From NCBI GenBank assembly GCA_049300255.1, contig JBAQJJ010000031.1, positions 20,647 to 84,646 on the forward strand: a stretch of DNA of 64,000 nt. Direction: 5' to 3'. Shown piece by piece: positions 9,782-19,732 of this stretch. The notes under the pieces were generated by a model. It did not search any database. It worked only from the letters and a program-made list of their open reading frames with translations, and had not been told where the DNA came from. A program made the translations under genes and the position numbers. Position 1 is the stretch's first letter, and the number at the start of each line of letters is the position of its first letter. This DNA comes from Thermoplasmata archaeon. Its GTDB lineage: Archaea; Thermoplasmatota; Thermoplasmata; Lutacidiplasmatales; UBA184.

Positions 9782-10722
9782 GGCGGCGTCGATCCTCCGG
9801 GCCGCGGCCCCACGGGCGGAGGCAAGAGATTCGATCGCTTCCACACGCGATCGGATCGCCCTACCCGCTGTTCGGGCGGTGTGGATTGGGCCGGACGGGG
9901 ATTGATCCACATCGCATCCCGCATCGCGTGCGACGCGAGGAGGGGGAATCCCGCGCGACCGTACCACTCAGACTCGAGAACGAAGGTTTGGCGCGCGCGT
10001 TCGTTCTCCCCGATCGACAGGAGATGATGGGCCGCTCGGTAGTGAACTTTCGGCTCTCCCACGACGAGCCGCTCGTCGCGAGCGGGGCCGGGCCGACCCC
10101 GGAACCGGGGGCGCGCTAGGTCGGAGGGGCGAGTGACGTGGGCGAACGATAGCGGCCGTCGCGTGAGCCGCGAGATGGGAACCAAGAGGGTTCGGGGAGC
10201 GGCGCGTAAGAACTCGGAAGCGCGAAGGTTGGTGGATCTCGGACTTCCTCGGGGAAGATACTGGGCGCTCTTCGCCGCATCCCGATGCCATTGGAGCAGA
10301 TGTTCCGTCTCGCCACTCTCCCAGCATGGGGCGGCAACGTCATTCTCGGTCGCCGTTGCGCGGTCCAAGAATTCCGCGAGCGCCGCCGTTTCAATCCATG
10401 GGATGTCCCCCGGCACAAAGAGGACCGGTCCGGACGGAATCCGCGCGAGCCCCGTGGCGATTGCGCCGCCCGGTCCGGCTCCCCATTGTTGGGGCTGGTC
10501 GATCAAGAACTCGGCGGGCTCCGGGAGGAGCGGTCGGAGGTCCTGCGCTCGCTGTTCCGAAACCACCGCCACCGCGACCCTCGTCGCCAGTGGAGCGACG
10601 CGCTCCATCACGCGGCGTAGGACCGGGGTTCCCTCGATCGACGCGCGGAGCTTATCGCCGCCAAATCGGCGAGATTCCCCACCCGCGAGGATCACGACGG
10701 TGGGCGGGAGGTGCTCGGTCAC
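9778..10722 (-). CDS. mobA: molybdenum cofactor guanylyltransferase MobA-like, with ~120 aa C-terminal extension
   Basis: N-terminus VVILAGGESRRFGGDKL...GPVLFVPGDIPWI is the MobA nucleotidyltransferase fold. The ORF continues without a stop to 9778. Confidence 0.6.
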   Translation of the reverse strand: MTEHLPPTVVILAGGESRRFGGDKLRASIEGTPVLRRVMERVAPLATRVAVAVVSEQRAQDLRPLLPEPAEFLIDQPQQWGAGPGGAIATGLARIPSGPVLFVPGDIPWIETAALAEFLDRATATENDVAAPCWESGETEHLLQWHRDAAKSAQYLPRGSPRSTNLRASEFLRAAPRTLLVPISRLTRRPLSFAHVTRPSDLARPRFRGRPGPARDERLVVGEPKVHYRAAHHLLSIGENERARQTFVLESEWYGRAGFPLLASHAMRDAMWINPRPAQSTPPEQRVGRSDRVWKRSNLLPPPVGPRPGGSTPP

Positions 10723-10819
10723 GTGCGGTTCCTTGGGCTCGTCTCTTTCCTCGTCGAGGCGGGCCCTCGGTTACGCCGACACGAGCCGCAGATTGCGCGA
10801 TCGGGGGCGTCGCGAGGGC

Positions 10820-11551
10820 TTAGCTGTCCTGATGGTGGAAGGCGTTCGGGGCTTTCGCTTTCCGGGCAGAATCCTCGGCGCCCACGAATTCGTTGGCCCG
10901 CACGATGCGTTCCAACTTCTCCGCAAATTTCGCGAGATGATCTCCGCGAATCCCCAAGACCATCTTGTCCATGCCGAGGTCGGTGTAGATCCGGGAACCC
11001 GTACAGGCGAGCGATACCGCGACCGGCGCACCTTGGTTCATGATCGGCATGATGGCGCACATCGGGCGACCGTTCATGGGAACCGGCGCCGCGTCGGGGC
11101 CAGATCCCGCCGCCTCCAAGGCCAACATCGCGGATTTGGGATTGACGAAAAGGAGCACGCCCGTAGGCGGCATCGCAAGGGAGCCCAGGGGGCCGTACGC
11201 CACGAAGTTCGGCGCTTGCGCATTATGCGGCACCCTCGCTTCTTCCCCGGGGTTCAGATACCCCTCCTTCTGCATTGCCCCGATCGTGGACATGAGGCGG
11301 GCCCCGATATCGCCCTTCGGAGGAATACCGAGTACGAATGCTCCAATCTCACAATCCTCGTGCTTCGGTAGCCCCGCGTAGAACGGCTTTTCGGTGCCGA
11401 GCGCGAAGAATGTACAGACGGAGGGAACCCCTCCCGGATGCTCGGCAATTCCCATCGGCCGTTCCTCGAGGTAGGAGACCTGCACCGGGGGAGTATCCAA
11501 TCCCAGTTGCCGAACGAGTTGGTCTGCGATCGCTGCGTTAGTTTCGGACAC
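10820..11551 (-). CDS. DUF169 family protein
   Basis: 243 aa. Read-level resemblance to COG2043/DUF169 (~250 aa, Cys-containing). No other domain recognised. Confidence 0.5.
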   Translation of the reverse strand: MSETNAAIADQLVRQLGLDTPPVQVSYLEERPMGIAEHPGGVPSVCTFFALGTEKPFYAGLPKHEDCEIGAFVLGIPPKGDIGARLMSTIGAMQKEGYLNPGEEARVPHNAQAPNFVAYGPLGSLAMPPTGVLLFVNPKSAMLALEAAGSGPDAAPVPMNGRPMCAIMPIMNQGAPVAVSLACTGSRIYTDLGMDKMVLGIRGDHLAKFAEKLERIVRANEFVGAEDSARKAKAPNAFHHQDS

Positions 11552-11881
11552 GGACGGACCTGAGCACCCGAGTTTTCTGGGCTATAGAGGCTTTCCCTGT
11601 GGTCGGCTCGCTTCCAAACTCGCTCCTGCCCGGATCGGCGGGCACCCACCCGGAAACCGGTCTTTGGGCAAGCGGATTGGGAGGGAACGAAACTCTTAGA
11701 GCGGCGAGTACGCTCCGAACGAATCGATGGCTCGACGCAATGTCGCTCAGTTCCGGGTCGTATGCTTCTACCCATTACCAGCGTCGCCGGTGTTCCGGGC
11801 CGTCGTGGAAGAGCCAACTTCTTCGTTGCGACGCCGAGGATCGCAATGGGAACCAGGGAAACGGGAGGCGATGTCCCTCGC

Positions 11882-12811
11882 TTAGGGCTCAGTCCTCGTC
11901 GCCGACTGGGACGGAGGCATAGCCATGGTACGGAGGAGTTCCGGCATGCCGACTGTGTAGCTCGCGAATCGAGGTGCCCATCCCAACTTCTTCAGTTTCG
12001 CATTCGATGCCCTACGGCTGGCGGCGATGAGATCCGCCACCTCGGCTCCCCATTCCCGACGGGCCGCTTCCCGTTCAAGAGTTCGCGGAGGCGGCGACCC
12101 AATCCGGGTGGCGACGAACGTGGCGAGTTCGCGACTGGTGACTGGAGCATCGTCGACCGCCAAGTAGGTCTCCCCGGGGGTCCAACGCTCGCACACCGTA
12201 CGGAACGCCTCTCCCGTGTCCTCCAGGGATATCGGCGACCAATAGCTCGATCCGTCCCCGATGTACTGATACGTGCCCGCCCGAAGCTCGTCGACCATCT
12301 CTCGGAACCATGACCCGTTACCATAGACCATGCCGGGGCGTACTACGACGGCTTCGATTGTTCCGGCCCGGGCGGCGTGCCGCGCGACCTCCTCGGTCGC
12401 GAAGTTGATGCCGGGCATCCCGGTCGGTTGGATCGGGCTTTCCTCCGTGAGCATAGCGGGGGAATCGCGATAGAGCCAGTAGCCGGAGCCGATCACCACG
12501 TGGCGAACACCGGCACGCTCGGCTGCAGAGAGGAGCGCTTGACAGCCGAGAACTCGGGGCGTATGCATCTCAGCGGGAGTCCCGCGCGACCGCGTCGCGA
12601 GGTGGATCGCGACCTCACAACCCGCGATCGGTGCGCTGAGACTCTCGGTCACGCAGATGTCGCCGAGGACAGGTTGACCGCCGGCCGAGGTGACCCGGGC
12701 AAATTGATCCGAAGACCGAACGAGCCCTCGGACTTCGTGTCCGGCCCGGGCGCAGGCACGAACCACGGACTCTCCCAAGAATCCGGCGGCGCCTACGACG
12801 AGTATCCGCAT
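11882..12811 (-). CDS. NAD-dependent epimerase/dehydratase (SDR family)
   Basis: MRILVVGAAGFLGESVV is a Rossmann GxxGxxG motif. 309 aa. Confidence 0.75.
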   Translation of the reverse strand: MRILVVGAAGFLGESVVRACARAGHEVRGLVRSSDQFARVTSAGGQPVLGDICVTESLSAPIAGCEVAIHLATRSRGTPAEMHTPRVLGCQALLSAAERAGVRHVVIGSGYWLYRDSPAMLTEESPIQPTGMPGINFATEEVARHAARAGTIEAVVVRPGMVYGNGSWFREMVDELRAGTYQYIGDGSSYWSPISLEDTGEAFRTVCERWTPGETYLAVDDAPVTSRELATFVATRIGSPPPRTLEREAARREWGAEVADLIAASRRASNAKLKKLGWAPRFASYTVGMPELLRTMAMPPSQSATRTEP

Positions 12812-12971
12812 CGCCTCGGGATGAGACCCCGCGTTAAAGCTCCACGCGACCGGAATGCCGGCCCTGTCAAGCCTGCGGATGAATCGGTACTGCGCGGCGA
12901 GAGTACCGACACAACCGCCGGTAGTGCGCCCGGAGACGTAACACCGGGACGCCGGCTAAATAGCTCCCGAC

Positions 12972-13256
12972 GTGCTGCGCCGTGGTATGCAACTCCGCCA
13001 TCCAGAAACGAACGATCCCATCGGGAGGGCCCTTCAGGTCGCAGAGCGCTTCGCCCAGGACGGAACCGAGGACCATCCATTGACCCCGGAACTATTTTGG
13101 GAAGACCTCAAACGAGACGGTTTCTTTTTTCCGAACGATCCGCCGGGGAGCGGTGAGCACGGTCGCTTCTTCGCGCACCTTGTTCTGGACCACGCAGTCG
13201 CCCTTCAGCGAATCACGGGCAACACGGCGCTGCATCACTACTGGGCGATCCGCTAG
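12972..13256 (+). CDS. hypothetical small protein
   Basis: 94 aa of non-repetitive sequence (…ELFWEDLKRDGFFFPNDPPGSGEHGRFFAHLVLDH…) in the gap between two minus-strand genes. GTG start. Confidence 0.3.
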   Translation: MLRRGMQLRHPETNDPIGRALQVAERFAQDGTEDHPLTPELFWEDLKRDGFFFPNDPPGSGEHGRFFAHLVLDHAVALQRITGNTALHHYWAIR

Positions 13257-14032
13257 CCCGTTCCGGCGGCCCGACCGCCCGGCAAGCTGCCTTCGCGGGT
13301 CGGGCGGCTACCCTCGACCCGAGCCCAGATCCACGTGATCGCCCCTCCCAGGGAGGCGACTCGGCGAATGTCGACGAATCCGTTCGATTTTAGGGCAAGG
13401 AGGATGCGGTCCTCCCAGCCCGACCGTTCCGCCACGTCGGCGAGAAACTCGAGGAGTTGCCGCCAGTCCACCTGCAGCCCCCCGCGGTGACGGCCGAGCC
13501 AGGGGAGCACGCGATTCAGGTACACCTCATAGAGGCGACCCACGGGCGTACCGCGGCGGGGCGACGAAAAATCGTAGCCCCCGATCCGCCCGCCGGGCAC
13601 CAGGACTCGGCGCACTTCGCGGAACAGCTGGTCCAAATCGACGTACTTGAACAAGTAGCCGGCAGTGACGACATCGAACGTGGCGTCGCGGAACGGGATT
13701 CGCTCCGCATTCGCTTGGACGAGACGTCTCACCCGCGAGGTTCGTCGGGGTTGGGTGAGCATCGTCCGATTCGGATCGAGACCCGTGACCGACGACCTTC
13801 CCAATTGGCGGCTGAGCCGATCGAGCACGAGACCCGTTCCGCATGCCAGGTCCAGCGCCCGATCTCCCGGTTGCAGTGGAAGTCGGTCGATCATGGTCCG
13901 TTTCCACCGAAGGTCCTGGCCGAGAGAATAGACGAGGAGCGCTTCGTCGTATCGAGGGGCGAGCGAGGAAAACAGCTCGCGAACGAAGTGACGATCCGGA
14001 ACTAGCGTCTTGGACGAGCCCGAGAGCGTCAT
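13253..14032 (-). CDS. class I SAM-dependent methyltransferase (UbiE/MenG-like)
   Basis: Internal ATG MTLSGSSK. LDLACGTGLVLDRL is methyltransferase motif I. The 488-aa track ORF reads through two genes. Confidence 0.7.
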   Translation of the reverse strand: MTLSGSSKTLVPDRHFVRELFSSLAPRYDEALLVYSLGQDLRWKRTMIDRLPLQPGDRALDLACGTGLVLDRLSRQLGRSSVTGLDPNRTMLTQPRRTSRVRRLVQANAERIPFRDATFDVVTAGYLFKYVDLDQLFREVRRVLVPGGRIGGYDFSSPRRGTPVGRLYEVYLNRVLPWLGRHRGGLQVDWRQLLEFLADVAERSGWEDRILLALKSNGFVDIRRVASLGGAITWIWARVEGSRPTREGSLPGGRAAGTG

Positions 14033-14700
14033 CGCGCGCCGACCCACACCAGCAGCAATAGCACCCCCGCGGTGAGGGCACTCCCTGCGACGAGCAGTTG
14101 AAGCGCTCGGTCCGAACTTCGGTACGAGGAGTTTCCGGCGGCTCGAGGCACGGGGCCCTCCTCCAGTCCGGCACGAGCCGCGGACCGGCGAGCGCGGGAG
14201 ATCCGAGAGAGATGGATCTCGAGCGCCGCCGCCGCTCCGCAGGCGGCGGCGCTCAACCCGGCGAGGAGCGTGAGCGAGCCGTCCTGGGCGTAGAAACTCG
14301 TGAGCAAGGGAAGGGCCCCCCACGAAATCGCGAAGAAGGTGTCTCGATGGAAGATCCCTCGAAAGACAGGGGCCAGGGGGTATCCTAGGGCGGCGAGTCC
14401 CTGCACGACCACGAAAATCAGGAACGGCGCCCCGAGCGCCACCCAAGCTCCCACAATCCCAATCCCGACTCCTATTCCGACACCGGCGAGGCCGCCCACC
14501 CACAGCGCCCATGAGGGCCAATGACGGACGTAATGGGAACCCATTCCGGGAATCTGGTCGAGAAAATGGGCGCCCACGCCAAGACCCGCGAAGTAGGCGA
14601 GTAGCGTCGCGCCATAGACCACGGTCGAGAATCGGGGAGCGATTGCCGCTCCGATCGTGACGAAGCTGAGGACCATCAACGTGTACGGCGGGTGGAGCAT
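14029..14700 (-). CDS. polytopic membrane protein, ATGA-coupled to the methyltransferase
   Basis: 223 aa with ~6 TM segments. 4-nt overlap with the downstream methyltransferase start. No clear UbiA motifs. Confidence 0.45.
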   Translation of the reverse strand: MLHPPYTLMVLSFVTIGAAIAPRFSTVVYGATLLAYFAGLGVGAHFLDQIPGMGSHYVRHWPSWALWVGGLAGVGIGVGIGIVGAWVALGAPFLIFVVVQGLAALGYPLAPVFRGIFHRDTFFAISWGALPLLTSFYAQDGSLTLLAGLSAAACGAAAALEIHLSRISRARRSAARAGLEEGPVPRAAGNSSYRSSDRALQLLVAGSALTAGVLLLLVWVGAR

Positions 14701-14949
14701 CGTCCAAAGGTCGCCCCAAAAGCTGTCGCCACCGGCGTACCAGACCGGTTTTACAGCGTTCGTCGGGGGGACAGGAGCAACCAGCGGAATATCGACGTAT
14801 GCCGACTCCCTCCGATATCCCTTATCGAGGGGGAGGCCTCGACAATTGGCCCCGAGGTCGGTCCCGGGAGACGCCGCCGGCGGATGACCGTCCGATGGAC
14901 CTCCGGCGGGAATGGTTTAGGTGGCCGTGCCTGTGGGAGGAGGGCCTGT

Positions 14950-15087
14950 ATGGCCGAGGAAGCGTCGTCCATCCGTTGCCCCCGCTGTCATGCAATCGCC
15001 CCGGTCCCTCCCGAGTGGCGAGTCGTGCAATGCCCCGGATGTGGCCTTCCGATCACTCGGATGGAGGCGGACCCGAGTTACGATTGA
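14950..15087 (+). CDS. zinc-ribbon micro-protein (~45 aa)
   Basis: MAEEASSIRCPRCHAIAPVPPEWRVVQCPGCGLPITRM carries two CxxC pairs. The rest of the track ORF is low-complexity. Confidence 0.3.
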   Translation: MAEEASSIRCPRCHAIAPVPPEWRVVQCPGCGLPITRMEADPSYD

Positions 15088-15174
15088 AGGCAGTGGTCGA
15101 CGATCCGGGCTCCCCTTTCCACGAGTGAGCGCCTACGGCCCGCCCCTTAACTAGACCGAGCATTTAGACCGGAT

Positions 15175-15960
15175 ATGCCGCCCGATCGGGACCCTCTTCC
15201 ATCGATCGTTCGCGGAGATGGAAAACCGGTGGTTTTTCTCCACGGGTATCCGCTCAATCACCTGACCTGGAAGGAACAACTCGGTCCCCTTTCCGTTGGC
15301 CACAAGATCGTGCTGCTGGATTTCCCGGGATATGGGATGGCGGTCGGTCAATCGGTCCCCACGACCTTGGCCGGGTTTTCAGACTCCGTTCATACGACGC
15401 TCGAAGCGCTGTCGTGGACGCCCGCGACCATCATCGGCCACTCCTTCGGCGGCTACGTAGCCCTCCAACTGTATCGAGACCATCCCGACGATTTTCGCGC
15501 CCTGGGGCTGGTCAGCACCCGTGCCGAGGCCGACGCACCGGATGCTCGGGCCACGCGCCTCGCCACGGTCGAGCGCTTGCGCCTGCCCGGAGAGACGTTG
15601 GATATCGAAGGAACCGTCCGAAGCCTCGTCTCCGCGTCGACGGCGCGGCAGCAGCCGGCGATCATCCAGGCTGTGCGCGAGATCATCCAATCCGCGCCGA
15701 CTCACGCGATCATTCCCACGCTGCAGGCGATTGCCGACCGGCCGGATCTAACTTCGGTCCTCTCGCGGATCCAGGTGCCGACCTTGGTGCTCTGGGGGGA
15801 GAACGACGGACTGATCCCGAAAGCCCAGACGCAGGTGCTGGTCGAGCGCATTCGGGGCGCACAGGGATCGGGCTTCCCGAACTCAGGCCATCTCGCGTTC
15901 CTCGAGTCTCCGGAGGCGTTCAATCGCGTCGTACGGAGCTTCCTCGACGCGCATCCCTAG
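15175..15960 (+). CDS. alpha/beta hydrolase
   Basis: HGYPLNH...IGHSFGGYVAL is the nucleophile elbow GxSxG. Confidence 0.75.
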   Translation: MPPDRDPLPSIVRGDGKPVVFLHGYPLNHLTWKEQLGPLSVGHKIVLLDFPGYGMAVGQSVPTTLAGFSDSVHTTLEALSWTPATIIGHSFGGYVALQLYRDHPDDFRALGLVSTRAEADAPDARATRLATVERLRLPGETLDIEGTVRSLVSASTARQQPAIIQAVREIIQSAPTHAIIPTLQAIADRPDLTSVLSRIQVPTLVLWGENDGLIPKAQTQVLVERIRGAQGSGFPNSGHLAFLESPEAFNRVVRSFLDAHP

Positions 15961-16100
15961 GAGGGCGCACGCGCGCCCCCCGCCGCGACGGCGGCGAACT
16001 AGCCCCCATCTGACGAGCCCTCGCGGGTTGTAGCAGAAAGTAACCACAACGGTTTATCATCGCCCGGCACGCCTAACCTATCGACAAGGCTGCGGGGGGA

Positions 16101-16928
16101 ATGGGAATGGAGTGGAGAGACTTACTTACCGCGTTGAACCGGTTCGGCATTGCGGAGCGCGAGGCGAAGCTGTACCTCCTTCTCTTGAGCCGGGGACGCG
16201 CCACCGCCCGGGACCTGACTCGGGAGTCGAACGTCGATCGCGTCCTGACCTATCGCACGCTCGATGCGATGCGGGCGCGGGGCCTGGTGCAGGTCACGGC
16301 GGAGCGGCCGCGGCGGTACGTACCCCTCCCTCCGCGCGTCCTCTTCGAGCGGAGCTTGGTCGAGCGCCGCCTCGCGCTCGAGGAGGATGCCGCGCTCGCG
16401 CGTGAACTTTCCGAGCGGCTTCCCGAGCTCACGACCGCGCTCACCGACGGGGCCCCGCGCTTTCAGGTGATCACCGGAGCCGCCGCCATCTATCCCTATC
16501 TGCGCGAGATGGTCCGACGTGCCGAACGGGAGGTCCTTGTGATGATCACGTCGAAAGCCCTGCGGGAGTCGGCTCAGTTGGGGCTGTTCGGCCAACTCCC
16601 GGCGTTCGGGCGCCGCGGGGGTCACTTCCGGCTGGTCGTCGAGCCGGACCCCCGGATCGCCAACCTGCTCCGTCGATTCGCGGGCGCTCAGCGTCGGTTC
16701 CCGAACGCCGAAGTGCGGTCGACCACTCCGCAGCGGGCGCGGGTCACGATTATCGACGAACGCGAGGCGCTCGTCTTCCTCGTCCCTGACCCGGGGGTCC
16801 CCGGGGTCGAGGAGATCGCCGTCTGGACCGACACTCCCGATTTCGTGAAGGCGCAATTAGCCTACTTCCGCGCGATCTGGGACCGAAGTACCCCGGCCTT
16901 ACCAGTACCGCGTCGGTCGAAGCGATAG
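16101..16928 (+). CDS. TrmB-family transcriptional regulator
   Basis: N-terminal wHTH LTALNRFGIAEREAKLYLLLLSRGRATARDLTRESNVDRVLTYRTLDAMRARGLV plus a C-terminal TrmB effector domain. Confidence 0.75.
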   Translation: MGMEWRDLLTALNRFGIAEREAKLYLLLLSRGRATARDLTRESNVDRVLTYRTLDAMRARGLVQVTAERPRRYVPLPPRVLFERSLVERRLALEEDAALARELSERLPELTTALTDGAPRFQVITGAAAIYPYLREMVRRAEREVLVMITSKALRESAQLGLFGQLPAFGRRGGHFRLVVEPDPRIANLLRRFAGAQRRFPNAEVRSTTPQRARVTIIDEREALVFLVPDPGVPGVEEIAVWTDTPDFVKAQLAYFRAIWDRSTPALPVPRRSKR

Positions 16929-17032
16929 TCGACCGCGGGTAGATCGTCGTCAGAAACCACGATCTGTGGGTCGTAGGCGATCCTTCGGTGGAGTCGAGAA
17001 AGGAAAAGGAAAGGGTTCGACCGTGGGGGGGA

Positions 17033-17191
17033 TCAGGGATGCTTTTGCATCGCCATGACTTCAGCTTCAGTGACTTTCTTGCCGTGGGAATGTTCCACGT
17101 GCCACTGCGTCAATGCGACCAGTTCGCCCTGGTTCTTCGTCACAACTTCAAATCCGTCGTCGCACGCGACCTTCATCCGGCCACATCCCAT
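17033..17191 (-). CDS. DUF1059 metal-binding micro-protein (52 aa), absent from the ORF track because it is shorter than 60 aa
   Basis: Reverse-complement translation gives MGCGRMKVACDDGFEVVTKNQGELVALTQWHVEHSHGKKVTEAEVMAMQKHP, the DUF1059 pattern (C.D.GF.C.FE...H...H). Confidence 0.5.
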   Translation of the reverse strand: MGCGRMKVACDDGFEVVTKNQGELVALTQWHVEHSHGKKVTEAEVMAMQKHP

Positions 17192-17280
17192 ATTGTTCTC
17201 CCTCTGCCGCATCGCGGCAGTTTTCGGACCGCGGGGCGGGAGATGAACCGTTGTGGACTACAGAAGTTACAACAGAACGG

Positions 17281-17868
17281 TCACGGGGCGAGGGGTCGGC
17301 TCTTCAAGCGATCGACGAAGTGTTTGCGGAACTTCGCGACCTTCGGCGCCACGACCATCTGACAGTACGCCTGCGCGGGATTGCGGGCAAAGTAGTCCCG
17401 ATGATACTCCTCGGCCGGATAAAATTCTACGAACGGGGCCAGCTGCGTCACGTACTTCCGGGGCCAAAGTCGGGCGGATTCTAGCTCCCGGATCGTCGCT
17501 TCGGCCGTCTTCTGCTGCTCGGGCGAGTGGTAGAGAATGACGGAGCGGTACTGCGTGCCGGCATCGGCGCCCTGTCGGTTCAATGTCGTCGGGTCGTGGA
17601 CGCTGAAGAACACGGTGAGCAGATCGTGGTAGGATAAGACCCGGGGATCGAACGTGACCTCGATCACTTCCGCGTGCCCGGTCGTGCCGGTACAGACCTC
17701 CTCATACGTCGGCCGGACCGTGTGACCCCCGGCATATCCCGGTACGACACGTTCCACCCCTTGGAGTTCCGTGAAGACGGCCTCGGTGCACCAGAAGCAA
17801 CCGCCTCCGAGGGTCGCTTCTTCTCGGGATGGAGTCGACGGGGGAGAGGAACCAGCGGTTGCGGACAT
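17281..17868 (-). CDS. msrA: peptide-methionine (S)-S-oxide reductase
   Basis: GGGCFWCTEAVF active-site motif. Confidence 0.85.
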   Translation of the reverse strand: MSATAGSSPPSTPSREEATLGGGCFWCTEAVFTELQGVERVVPGYAGGHTVRPTYEEVCTGTTGHAEVIEVTFDPRVLSYHDLLTVFFSVHDPTTLNRQGADAGTQYRSVILYHSPEQQKTAEATIRELESARLWPRKYVTQLAPFVEFYPAEEYHRDYFARNPAQAYCQMVVAPKVAKFRKHFVDRLKSRPLAP

Positions 17869-17955
17869 CGTCGTCGGTTTGTCGCCGGTGTTTATAGCGT
17901 GCGTGACGCCCGAACGGGCCGCAACGGGAGCGACTCCGAGCGCGGCGTTCGATCG

Positions 17956-19599
17956 CTAGCCGCCGACGAGTAGCGCATCGAGCAACCCGATAGGCGGGCA
18001 GCCGAATCCCAGCAGGGTGTCGTGGAACGTTTGCAGCGACCCGTGGAATCGGGGCTGGAGATGTTTCGACCGGACGTCCAAGATCGCGAGCTTCCCCAGG
18101 GTGTAACAAAAGTACTCGGGGTTGTACGTTCCTCGGATCGCTTCCCGCTCGGCCGGCAGCTCCTCGAAGAAGGCTTCCTGTTGGAAGAGCTTCGTGGCTT
18201 GGGGCAGCGTCATCCCTTGTGTGTGCAGACCGACCGAAGCGATCAGTCGGCAGTCGCGGAGGAGCGCGTCGTGCAGTTGCGCGACCTCCGCTTCCACGCG
18301 GCCCTGTCCGAGCTTGTGTTCGATCGCGAGCTGCTCGGCATAGTGCGCCCACCCTTCGCAGAACGAAGAGGAAAGGTAGACCTTTCTCGTCAGGGAACCG
18401 GCAGCTTTGCGGAAATGCAAGAACTGGAGGTAGTGGCCCGGGTAGACTTCGTGGATCGTGATGTTACGGAGCATCGACTCGTTGAGGGAACGCAGCCATT
18501 CCTCCTGCTTGGTCGGAGTCCAGGTCGGGTCGACCGGCGTGACATAGTAGATGCCTTCGTCCCCGACCGTATCGAAGGGTCCCGGCGGGTTCATGCTGGC
18601 AGTGGAGAGAGCTCGTCCGTAGATCGGCGTCTCCTCGACCCGGCACACGGCCGGCGTCGGAATCGTGGCTAGGTGCTCGTCTTCCACAAACGTACGCGCC
18701 TCCTCGACGAATCGTTGGGCGGTTGGGATCAGGGTCGTGGCCGAAGGATGGACTGTATAGAGTCGCTCGAGCAGTTGCGGAACCGTGACTCGCTCGGCTC
18801 GCGCGATCTCTTGGAGACGTGCTTGGTTCCGCCGCAGGTCGACTTGGCCGGCGGCTAGGACCTCCGCGAAGGGGGCTTCGATCCCTTCCCGCACCCAGAG
18901 CAGACGTTGGTAGTGGGCCGGTCCCAGCGCGAAGGCGTCGTTGGCTTTTGGAAGGTACTCTTCTTTGACGCGGCTCAAGAACTCGGCGATGGCAGCCTCG
19001 GCGGCGGGTCGCGCCGCCTTGACGCGGTCCCCGAGGGCCGGGGAAGCCCGACGGGCAAAGGCCTCGGCTTCGCCAAAATGGGCGGGAAGTCCCCCGCCGA
19101 TGGACAAGGTTAGCTGGAGGAACGTTCGCGGCACGGATGACTGGAGTCGCTGACGGCCCGCTGTGAGGAGCGAAGGAACTTGCTCCAGGACGCGAAGGAT
19201 CGCCTCGGTGCGGCGCGTCGCGGGGGCGTAATCTCGTACCATATAGGCCGTCAACGAAAAGATGGTCACGTACGTCATCGGATTCCGCTCCAAGTCGAGG
19301 GAGTCGCGGAGATCGAACAGTACGCTTTCGAGCAGCAGTCGCAGCATCATAGAATCCATGCGGCGCGCCGCGGAGAGTCGCTCCGGCGGAATAGCAGTCA
19401 GGTCGCGCAGGAGCCGATCGGCCCGGGTCGCCCACACGTCGGTCGCACTCGTACGAAGGTCAGGGAGGCGTCCGTCGTAATCGTGCAAGCCGAGCAGGAT
19501 GGCGTAACTCGGTTGGATCGTGAAGAAGTGCTCGATGATCTCTTGCTCGACCGAAGTTAGCGCGTCGGCCACCGAAGAAGGGCGAGGGTCCATCGACAT
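17956..19599 (-). CDS. DUF885 family protein
   Basis: Internal start MSMDPRPSS. HEVYPGHYLQ motif characteristic of DUF885. Confidence 0.6.
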   Translation of the reverse strand: MSMDPRPSSVADALTSVEQEIIEHFFTIQPSYAILLGLHDYDGRLPDLRTSATDVWATRADRLLRDLTAIPPERLSAARRMDSMMLRLLLESVLFDLRDSLDLERNPMTYVTIFSLTAYMVRDYAPATRRTEAILRVLEQVPSLLTAGRQRLQSSVPRTFLQLTLSIGGGLPAHFGEAEAFARRASPALGDRVKAARPAAEAAIAEFLSRVKEEYLPKANDAFALGPAHYQRLLWVREGIEAPFAEVLAAGQVDLRRNQARLQEIARAERVTVPQLLERLYTVHPSATTLIPTAQRFVEEARTFVEDEHLATIPTPAVCRVEETPIYGRALSTASMNPPGPFDTVGDEGIYYVTPVDPTWTPTKQEEWLRSLNESMLRNITIHEVYPGHYLQFLHFRKAAGSLTRKVYLSSSFCEGWAHYAEQLAIEHKLGQGRVEAEVAQLHDALLRDCRLIASVGLHTQGMTLPQATKLFQQEAFFEELPAEREAIRGTYNPEYFCYTLGKLAILDVRSKHLQPRFHGSLQTFHDTLLGFGCPPIGLLDALLVGG

Positions 19600-19732
19600 A
19601 GGAGTAGGCCCGCTGTGAGCGGGAGAGATACAAAAGCGTGGCGTTCCTCTCCTCGAAACGACGGCTCGGAACGACGTGGCTCGCGCCCGGAAAACGCACT
19701 TATCCACTCGAAACTTGAAGGGCGGATACCTT

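Noticed and set aside
10133-11371. 412-aa plus-strand ORF
   Set aside because: It is antisense to mobA and DUF169, Arg-rich and low-complexity.
11560-11880. Possible structured ncRNA in the 330-bp gap between DUF169 and the epimerase
   Set aside because: No recognisable riboswitch, SRP or RNase P consensus, only GC-rich sequence. Left unassigned.
13253-14719. 488-aa minus-strand ORF
   Set aside because: It is two genes, a membrane protein and a UbiE-like methyltransferase. The upstream 229 codons are low-complexity sequence in the frame opposite to or overlapping the real membrane-protein gene.
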